The notes under the pieces: model-generated | What the model saw: only the letters and a program-made list of their open reading frames with translations | What the model was told of the DNA's origin: nothing | Database searches by the model: none | Shown here: positions 1 through 5,760 of the stretch, one piece after another | Numbering within the stretch: the first letter of the stretch is position 1 | How the letters are laid out: the number at the start of each line of letters is the position of its first letter | DNA from: an uncultured virus (IMG/VR IMGVR_UViG_2615840715_000006) | Lineage: Duplodnaviria; Heunggongvirae; Uroviricota; Caudoviricetes | Reading direction: 5' to 3' (one strand) | DNA length: 19,997 nt | IMG/VR virus record: IMGVR_UViG_2615840715_000006 | Program-made: the position numbers and the translations under genes

Positions 1-43
1 GCCCGACATGGGCGGCGTACTGGCGCTCGCTCATGCCTTGCAT
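1..43 (-). CDS. 5' end of probable terminase small subunit (Nu1-like HTH; 'elements of external origin' family); runs off the left edge
   Basis: Manual translation from ATG at 43: MQGMSERQYAAHVG. This matches my recollection of the N-terminus of the protein preceding GpA terminase in related prophages. Only 14 codons are visible. Confidence 0.65.
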   Translation of the reverse strand, partial: MQGMSERQYAAHVG

Positions 44-155
44 CGCCAGCCCCGATTATCATTCAAAGTCAGGTGCTTATGTCGTTGATAAGCCTCGCGG
101 ACAGAGCGAACGTCCATCCCACAAGGACGATGCAACTTACGAAGGAGCCACCACG

Positions 156-428
156 ATGACCACCCGCTTGAACCCGATCACCACCCCGCGCCACGAACTC
201 CGCGCCGAGAAGGCGCGCCGGAACAAGGAAGCCGCGCTGAACGCCTTCATCGGCAAGAAGGCCGAGATCGACGAGATGCTCGCCCGCCTGCAGGCGCTCA
301 GCGACGACCACTTCAACGCCCACCCCGACGAGGTGAACTGGGGCCATGTCGGTACCCTCGAACACTACGCCAGCCTCCTGAGACTCATCACCGACAGCGC
401 CTTTGGTGAGGGCGAACACGCCCGCTGA
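156..428 (+). CDS. Conserved phage hypothetical protein (90 aa, helical)
   Basis: GAAGGAG RBS at 141-147 before ATG 156 (MTTRLNPITT...PDEVNWGHVGTL). Typical GC-rich codon use. Same strand as the DUF3489 gene. Confidence 0.8.
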   Translation: MTTRLNPITTPRHELRAEKARRNKEAALNAFIGKKAEIDEMLARLQALSDDHFNAHPDEVNWGHVGTLEHYASLLRLITDSAFGEGEHAR

Positions 429-451
429 TCTCCGGCGCTGCCGGAACTCCT

Positions 452-524
452 GCCGCGCGCCCTGCGCGGCTCGGGGTCGTAGAAGGGTCGCGACGGTCGC
501 GACCCCGAACACGGAGACGACCCC
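452..524 (+). promoter_or_regulatory. Structured leader with nested inverted repeats before the DUF3489 gene
   Basis: Perfect palindrome GGGTCGCGAC-G-GTCGCGACCC (485-505). GGGGTCGT (473-480) is complementary to ACGACCCC (517-524). GCCGCGC/GCGCGGC hairpin at 452-470. Confidence 0.5.
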
Positions 525-1109
525 ATGACCAAGCTTTCCGACACCCAGCTCGTGATCCTCAGCGCCGCCGCGCAGCGCGAGGACCGCAACGTCCTGCCAC
601 TCCCCGGCTCGCTCCGCGGCGGCGCCGCCGCCAAGGTGGTCGGCGCGCTGCTCTCCCGTGGGCTGATTGCCGAGACGGCGACCGACAGCCGGGCCAAGAC
701 CGACGCCGCGCTCAACCGCATCTGGCGCAACGACGAGGACGGCAACGCCATCCTCCTGCACATCACCGACGCAGGCCTCGCCGCCATCGGCGTCGAGCCG
801 GAGAGCGGCGGCAGCGCGCCCACGGACGCCGACGAGGCGCCGAGCGCGGAGCCCCCGCAGGACGCTCCAGCCGGGGCCGACCCCGCGCCTAAGGCGCGCA
901 CACCGCGCACGGGCACGAAGCAGGCGAAGCTGATCGAGATGCTCCGCGCAGAGGGTGGCGCGACCATCGAAGAGATCGTCGCCGAAACGGGGTGGCAAGC
1001 TCACACCGTCAGAGGTGCCATGTCCGGCGCGCTGAAGAAGAAGCTGGGCCTGACGATCACCTCCGAGAAGGTCGAGGGACGAGGTCGCGTCTACGCCATA
1101 GGCGGCTGA
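525..1109 (+). CDS. DUF3489 domain protein (C-terminal winged HTH)
   Basis: N-terminal MTKLSDTQLVILSAAAQR, an Ala/Pro linker, and C-terminal RTGTKQAKLIEMLRAEGGATIEEIVAETGWQAHTVRGAMSGALKKKLGL typical of DUF3489. GGAG RBS at 513-516. Confidence 0.85.
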   Translation: MTKLSDTQLVILSAAAQREDRNVLPLPGSLRGGAAAKVVGALLSRGLIAETATDSRAKTDAALNRIWRNDEDGNAILLHITDAGLAAIGVEPESGGSAPTDADEAPSAEPPQDAPAGADPAPKARTPRTGTKQAKLIEMLRAEGGATIEEIVAETGWQAHTVRGAMSGALKKKLGLTITSEKVEGRGRVYAIGG

Positions 1110-1135
1110 CACCTCGCGTGGCAACGAACTCCATG

Positions 1136-1159
1136 CCGCCGCCCAACGCTGGGCGGCGG
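1136..1159. terminator. GC hairpin between convergent genes, probable terminator
   Basis: CCGCCGCCCA-ACGC-TGGGCGGCGG, a perfect 10-bp stem between the stops at 1109 and 1164. U-tract is weak. Confidence 0.55.
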
Positions 1160-1163
1160 TCCT

Positions 1164-1388
1164 TCATTCCACGCTCCGTATCCGGATCGCCTCAAACAGC
1201 CGCCTTAGCAGGTAGCCACGCGCCAGCGAGACGCCGACGAAGGCGAGGCCGATGGTCAGATGCTCCGCGACACCCGTCTCGATCCCGAACCACGGGAACA
1301 CGACGATCTGCGTGGCGATGGCCAAGAAGTAGCCGACGACAACGTTCGCCGCGGCCTCAACCATCGACATGGCCCGGCTCTGCTTCAT
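1164..1388 (-). CDS. Small two-TM membrane protein (74 aa), conserved phage hypothetical
   Basis: Two hydrophobic segments (NVVVGYFLAIATQIVVFPWFG; LTIGLAFVGVSLARGYLL) and a basic RRLFE tail. ATGA overlap with the MTase stop. Confidence 0.8.
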   Translation of the reverse strand: MKQSRAMSMVEAAANVVVGYFLAIATQIVVFPWFGIETGVAEHLTIGLAFVGVSLARGYLLRRLFEAIRIRSVE

Positions 1389-2368
1389 CGCAGGCTCTCC
1401 ATGAAAGCCATCACGAACTCTGCCGCAACCGGCGGCACGATCGCATTGCCGTAGCCCCGCAGGAGCCCCATGCGACCGGATATCCCATCAGCCAGCGGGA
1501 ATGTTCCGGGCTCAACGGGCCGCCATTTTCCATCCCGGCAGAGGAGCCAGTCCGGATCTCGCCAGACACCGTCCGTCGCATTGGTCCCGGCGGGGTCGGC
1601 GCCATCGACCAGTCCACCAGCTTCACCGTCCTGCGGCTCGCATCCGTGTTGCCCGCCGCGTTGTACGCTGACGTCGCGGGCGAACCCGCCATCGCCGTTG
1701 GCCAGCCCGCCAACCACACCTGCCGGCCGAGAAGCGCGTTGATCGGAACAGTCCGGCATTCGGATCCGTCCTTGTGATCCCGCGCCGAGGCTGTCGCCCA
1801 GCCCGCCCGGCTCCAGGGCCATGGCGCCGAAGAACAGGCGCTGGCGGATGTGCGGCGCGCCGATGCCCGCAGCCGGCAGATCGGCCGCCGCGACGGCGTA
1901 AGATGCCGCTTCCAGGTCAGCCGCCAGAGCGTCGAACCACGCCCACCCAGCCGGATCCTCAGCCGCTGTTCGAGCCGCGCCGCCAACGCGTCCGAGCACT
2001 GCCGTACTCGCGACCTGCTCGCCGAAAACGAACTCCGGGCGGCAGGCTGCGACGAGCCGCAGGAAGGCCGGGGCGAGATGGCGGTCATCGTCCTGTCCCT
2101 TGCGCTGCCCGGCCTGACTGAATGGCTGGCAGGGCGGCGAACCGGTCCAGACGGACATGTCCTCGGCCACGCCCGCGAGGCGCAGCGCGTAGGGCCAACC
2201 GCCGATCCCGGCGAAGAAATGACATTGGGTGAAGCCGCGCAGGTCGACGGGCTCCACGTCCAGGATTGACCGCCCGTCTACTTCGCCATCCGGCAGCAGC
2301 TTGGCCGAGATCAGCTCCCGCAGCCATGCGCATGCCGCGAGATCGGCAACGTTGTAGTAGACGGCCAT
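1385..2368 (-). CDS. DNA (cytosine-5) methyltransferase, catalytic (alpha) chain, 327 aa
   Basis: Motif I FFAGIGG, catalytic IV GSPPCQPFS, VI FGEQV, VIII APHIRQRLF, X LRGYGNAIVP. Start ATG 2368 overlaps the upstream TGA. No motif IX in this frame. Confidence 0.9.
   Translation of the reverse strand: MAVYYNVADLAACAWLRELISAKLLPDGEVDGRSILDVEPVDLRGFTQCHFFAGIGGWPYALRLAGVAEDMSVWTGSPPCQPFSQAGQRKGQDDDRHLAPAFLRLVAACRPEFVFGEQVASTAVLGRVGGAARTAAEDPAGWAWFDALAADLEAASYAVAAADLPAAGIGAPHIRQRLFFGAMALEPGGLGDSLGAGSQGRIRMPDCSDQRASRPAGVVGGLANGDGGFARDVSVQRGGQHGCEPQDGEAGGLVDGADPAGTNATDGVWRDPDWLLCRDGKWRPVEPGTFPLADGISGRMGLLRGYGNAIVPPVAAEFVMAFMESLR
1411..2088 (-). CDS. Nested alternative-frame ORF: putative beta subunit (motif IX and possibly TRD) of the C5 methyltransferase, 225 aa
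   Basis: Lies wholly inside the MTase gene, same strand, different frame. Carries LSPEHSRWLMGYPVAW (motif IX-like). AAGGGACAGGA precedes the ATG. Confidence 0.7.
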   Translation of the reverse strand: MTAISPRPSCGSSQPAARSSFSASRSRVRQCSDALAARLEQRLRIRLGGRGSTLWRLTWKRHLTPSRRPICRLRASARRTSASACSSAPWPWSRAGWATASARDHKDGSECRTVPINALLGRQVWLAGWPTAMAGSPATSAYNAAGNTDASRRTVKLVDWSMAPTPPGPMRRTVSGEIRTGSSAGMENGGPLSPEHSRWLMGYPVAWGSCGATAMRSCRRLRQSS

Positions 2369-3690
2369 CAGGCTGCGGCATCGGCCTTGTCGCCCAGCCG
2401 CTCGGCCTTCACCTCGTCGAAGGTCCGGCCGTCTCCGTCGAGGATCACATCGCGCCCGGTCTCGGCCTGCCAGCGTTCGACAGCCACATCGACATAGGCC
2501 GGGCTGATCTCCATCGCGAAGACACGGCGGCCATTGGCCTCGCCCGCCATGATCTGCGACCCGGAACCCGAGAACGGCTCGTAGCAGAGCCCGCCGCGGG
2601 CGACATGCTGGCGCATCGGGATGCCGAACGCGTCGAGGGGTTTCGGCGTCGGGTGGTCGGGACGCTCGTCCTTTGCGAAGGACGGCATCTCCCAAGTCGA
2701 GGGCAGCGTCTGCTCGGCGACCTTCGGCGGGCGGTTCGGCCGGCGCCAGCCCATGAAGCAGGGCTCGTGCTTCCACAGGTAATGCGAGCGGGTCAGGACG
2801 CCGCGGTCCTTCACCCAGATGATCTGCTGGTGGACGAAGGCGCCGGCCTTTTCCCAGCAGGCCTCCAGCATCGCCTGGCGGCGAGAGGCGTGCCAGCAAT
2901 ACCAGGCGGCATCGTCGGTAATCGCCTCGGCGACCGCAGCGGCGATGAAACCGTCGTAGAGGTCCGCCCCCTGCGAACTGTCGTCCCAGGTTGTGCCGTA
3001 GGACGCCGACCAGTCCTTGTTGCGGGTCGGATGGTTCGAGCCGTCGTAGTCGACAAGATACGGCGGGTCGGTTGCGAACAGGATCGCCCGCTCACCACTC
3101 ATCAGGCGGCGCACATCCTCGTGGCTGGTCGAGTCCCCGCAGAGCAGCCGGTGGTCGCCGAGGATCCACAGATCGCCTGTGCGCGAGGCCGGGTTGCGCG
3201 GCGGCTCGGGGATGGTCACCGGAGGCACCGAGCCCCCGGCGCCACCCTCTTCTTCACCGCCCTCGTCCGGATCGAAGGCCAGCAGCTTGTCGAGCTCGCC
3301 GTCGGAGAAACCGACCAGCGACAGGTCGTAGTCGTCCGCGAGCAGGTCCTGCAGTTCGGCCGACAGCAGCGCCTCGTCCCAGGTGCCGAGTTCCGTCAGC
3401 TTGTTGTCCGCGATCCGGTAGGCCCGGCGCTGCGCCTCGGTCAGGTGGCCCAGTACGATCACCGGCGCCTCGGTCAGCCCCAGCTGCGTGGCGGCCAAGA
3501 CGCGCCCGTGGCCCGCGATCAGTTCTCCGTCCTCACCGACGAGGCACGGAACGGTCCAGCCGAACTCGGCCATGCTGGCGGCGATCTTCGCGACCTGGTC
3601 GGCGCCATGCACCTTCGCGTTCTTCGCGTAGGGCTGGAGCTTGGCCAGAGGCCAGGTTTCGATCCGCTCGGGGGCGAAGCTCAGCGTCAT
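2368..3690 (-). CDS. ParB/Srx N-terminal domain fused to beta-class N4/N6 DNA methyltransferase, 440 aa
   Basis: ParB-like LIAGHGRVLAA...AYRIADNKL, then catalytic TDPPY, HPTPKP and SAM-binding EPFSGSGS in beta order. Start MTLSFAPERIE at 3690. Confidence 0.92.
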   Translation of the reverse strand: MTLSFAPERIETWPLAKLQPYAKNAKVHGADQVAKIAASMAEFGWTVPCLVGEDGELIAGHGRVLAATQLGLTEAPVIVLGHLTEAQRRAYRIADNKLTELGTWDEALLSAELQDLLADDYDLSLVGFSDGELDKLLAFDPDEGGEEEGGAGGSVPPVTIPEPPRNPASRTGDLWILGDHRLLCGDSTSHEDVRRLMSGERAILFATDPPYLVDYDGSNHPTRNKDWSASYGTTWDDSSQGADLYDGFIAAAVAEAITDDAAWYCWHASRRQAMLEACWEKAGAFVHQQIIWVKDRGVLTRSHYLWKHEPCFMGWRRPNRPPKVAEQTLPSTWEMPSFAKDERPDHPTPKPLDAFGIPMRQHVARGGLCYEPFSGSGSQIMAGEANGRRVFAMEISPAYVDVAVERWQAETGRDVILDGDGRTFDEVKAERLGDKADAAA

Positions 3691-3715
3691 GGGCGGGTGG
3701 TGTCCGTCGTGAGGT

Positions 3716-3792
3716 GGATACCGGCCGGAATCCGGACTCCGGATGCCGCGCTGGACTCCACGTGGGGTCCAGCGGCATCCGGGGTATCCGGC
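3716..3792. repeat. Long imperfect inverted repeat
   Basis: ACTCCGGATGCCG..CTGGACTCCA-CG-TGGGGTCCAG-CGGCATCCGGGGT, plus GGATACC (3716-3722) and GGTATCC (3783-3789). Confidence 0.7.
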
Positions 3793-3874
3793 CCGCAGGC
3801 CAGCGATTATTGGTGTTCGCGCGGGAGTCGGGTGGCTCTGGCTTCTGGGTGGCTTCCCAAAAATCCGGCCCTGT

Positions 3875-3930
3875 CGCTGGCGAAATATTGCGCCAAGCCC
3901 GCCAGCATACATAGTCGCCAGGAAGGAACC
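3875..3930 (-). other. Putative lambda-like cos packaging site (cosQ/cosN-like)
   Basis: Minus strand GGTTCCTTCC-TGGCGACTATG-TATGC-TGGCGGGCTTGG-CGCAATATTTCGC resembles lambda GGGTCCTTTCC...TTACG-GGGCGGCGACCT-CGCGGGTTTTCGC. Non-coding and upstream of the terminase-like gene. Confidence 0.5.
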
Positions 3931-4044
3931 ACGCACTTGGGCTGGGGGCGGACAGCGGCTCGCAAGGAAAGGATAAGCGCCTTTCCTTTCGTAACGGGTT
4001 CGCCAACGAAAGGATGTTTTTGCTCGGGTCCGTCCCGCGCGCGC

Positions 4045-4095
4045 CTCTCCCGAGTATATCCGGTTTCTAACCCGGGAGAGCCGTTTTTGTCTTAG
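4045..4095 (-). promoter_or_regulatory. Putative late promoter
   Basis: TATACT -10-like hexamer (4058-4053, minus) bracketed by the CTCTCCCG/CGGGAGAG inverted repeat, just downstream of the DUF6362-like gene. No canonical -35. Confidence 0.35.
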
Positions 4096-4137
4096 CGAAA
4101 ACTGTCCGGCGAACACTTTCCTATTGCGCCCATAGGC

Positions 4138-4566
4138 TTACGCGCCAGCGGCCAGCGCGATCACCTTGCGCTTCGACAGGCTGCGATTGAACGACCGCCT
4201 GTTGAGCGTCAGCGCGATCACCGATAGCCCGTATTGCCAGTGCTGATGCGCCGCGGAGCGTCGCAGACCGACCGCCCAGCAGATCTCCTTCCAGCGCTCG
4301 CCATGCGCTTTCATCCAGACGATCTTGCCGTCGAGCGGCTCGAGGCAGGCCGTCCAGGTGAGGGTCTCCTCCATCCGGCTGATGTCCTGCGGCGAGGGCA
4401 GCACGCGCATCGGCTTTGGCTCCTGGCCGACCTTGTCGCCGAAGCTGTGGACGATCTCGGGCCACGTGCTGAAGTATCCTTGCCGCCGCGGCTCGGGCAT
4501 CCGCTTCAGCACGAGGGCCGCCACGGCGAGCCGCTCCTCGACCATTGCCGGGGTCCAGTCCGTCAT
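4138..4566 (-). CDS. DUF6362-like protein with C-terminal HTH; possible late-gene regulator
   Basis: MTDWTPAMVEERL...QGYFSTWPE...PSPQDISRMEETLTW and HTH-like GERWKEICWAVGLRRSAAHQHW. Last gene of the early operon; ATGA overlap. Confidence 0.8.
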   Translation of the reverse strand: MTDWTPAMVEERLAVAALVLKRMPEPRRQGYFSTWPEIVHSFGDKVGQEPKPMRVLPSPQDISRMEETLTWTACLEPLDGKIVWMKAHGERWKEICWAVGLRRSAAHQHWQYGLSVIALTLNRRSFNRSLSKRKVIALAAGA

Positions 4567-4760
4567 CGCTGCACCTCCTGTTCCGAGGGGCGCGCGCCGT
4601 AAAGACGCTCGCCGAGTTGCCGTACTAGCTCCCGCTCAGGCCAAGTAAGTCTCTGGTCGTCAAGCGAAACTGCCAGAACGCCTTGCTCTTTCCAGCCTTC
4701 GCGCTTGACCTGTTCGGGGTCGCGGCGATGGCCGCCGTAGCCCTTGGGATGCCACCTCAT
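4563..4760 (-). CDS. Conserved phage hypothetical protein (65 aa)
   Basis: MRWHPKGYGGHRRDPEQVKREGW...; ATGA overlaps at both ends; GGAGG RBS. Confidence 0.8.
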   Translation of the reverse strand: MRWHPKGYGGHRRDPEQVKREGWKEQGVLAVSLDDQRLTWPERELVRQLGERLYGARPSEQEVQR

Positions 4761-5293
4761 TGGACGCCTCCCTTGGTCTCCAGCGCCCAGAACAGGATGG
4801 CGATGGCATCGGCCTCGTTGTCGTCGGCCGGGCTGAATCCGCGGGCCCGGGCAGCGTCGATCATGGCATCCTTGTTCGCGTTGCCCTTGCCGGTAGCGAA
4901 GCGCTTGATCGTGCCCACCGGGACGCCCTCGTAGGGCACGCCGCGCAGCTCTGCCCACGAGGTCAGCGTCGCCATGAGCCCGCCGTAGACATGCGCGGCG
5001 TCCGTGCCAGCGTGGCGGCGGACCTCCTCGAACCAGATCGCGGCGATGGGCCCGGAGAGCCGGTCCAGCTCGGCTAGCCAGTTCGTGAAGCGCAGATACC
5101 GCATGCCGCCGCCATCGAAGCGACCGGTACGGAAGGACACCGTGCCGGAGGTGATCAGCCCATCGGCTCCGTGCAGGGCCCACCCCGTGGTGATGCCGAG
5201 ATCGAGCGCGAGCAAGGTGCGATCGGCGCGGTGCGCGACAGGCAGATCGGGGATTGCCTCGCGAGCGCTGGTGGCGAGAGTCATGTCAGCCAT
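4757..5293 (-). CDS. RuvC-like Holliday junction resolvase (RNase H fold), 178 aa
   Basis: LLALDLGITTGW, WFEEV, IKRFATGKGNANK, DDNEADAIAI give the RuvC acidic tetrad. GAGGAG RBS before ATG 5293. Confidence 0.85.
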   Translation of the reverse strand: MADMTLATSAREAIPDLPVAHRADRTLLALDLGITTGWALHGADGLITSGTVSFRTGRFDGGGMRYLRFTNWLAELDRLSGPIAAIWFEEVRRHAGTDAAHVYGGLMATLTSWAELRGVPYEGVPVGTIKRFATGKGNANKDAMIDAARARGFSPADDNEADAIAILFWALETKGGVQ

Positions 5294-5330
5294 GGGTGGT
5301 CTCCTCTTCTGGTTGGCTGCTCGGGTGGAA

Positions 5331-5374
5331 GACGACGGCGGCCTGGTGCTTGGCGGTACGGGGCCGCCGTCGTC
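5331..5374. repeat. Perfect 13-bp inverted repeat upstream of the RuvC-like gene
   Basis: GACGACGGCGGCC (5331-5343) / GGCCGCCGTCGTC (5362-5374), 18-nt loop. Confidence 0.75.
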
Positions 5375-5432
5375 GGATCGGGTGGTTCGGGCGAGGACGG
5401 GCCACGCGCGCGAAACCCCTGGGGGTGGGCGT

Positions 5433-5738
5433 GGGAGAACCCGCCTGCGGCGTTCTCCCCCACCCCCGTAGGGGGTGGTTTCTCCCCCCAAACTGGAAGT
5501 CTGCATCAACCCACTGACAGAAAATGGGTTTTCCAGTTTGGATGGGTCACTTTCAGCATTTCCGGCCGAAACTGGTTGCAGCGTAGTCTTTGCGGTTCGA
5601 GCGCAATTCTGCAGGGGCAGTTTCGGAAGCGGGCCGAAACTGGCCACAACGGACGTGTGCGGGGCGGCGCGAAACGACGGCGAGGCAGTTTCGGAAAGGC
5701 CCCGCATCTGGTTCAAACTGGCCCCTGCGCAATTCTGC
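5433..5738. repeat. Iteron/hairpin cluster; candidate replication origin
   Basis: Seven AAACTG/CAGTTT cores (5490, 5534, 5569, 5618, 5637, 5686, 5715). GCGCAATTCTGC twice (5601, 5727). Hairpins at 5433-5459 and 5460-5478. Directly downstream of the primase-AAA gene. Confidence 0.6.
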
Positions 5739-5760
5739 GCGGAGCGATATGCGGGGGCGA

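Noticed and set aside
507..521. GAACACGGAG shared with the box at 17926
   Set aside because: Second half-site is CGAC (poor LexA match) and the shared GGAG is explained by the RBS.
1385..3690. Restriction-modification system
   Set aside because: No adjacent endonuclease; orphan phage methylases are the simpler reading.
2266..4095. Long plus-strand ORF (609 aa), and similar ones at 6415-7911, 9088-11031, 11551-12726 and 18366-19940
   Set aside because: Antisense shadows of motif-bearing genes in high-GC DNA; no recognisable motifs or RBS.
3691..4116. N-terminal extensions given by the ORF track (also 2899, 5764, 8403, 9457, 11100, 12205, 12615, 14130, 14914, 18165)
   Set aside because: They overlap neighbouring genes or regulatory DNA. 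Downstream starts fit stop/start coupling, an RBS or the domain boundary.
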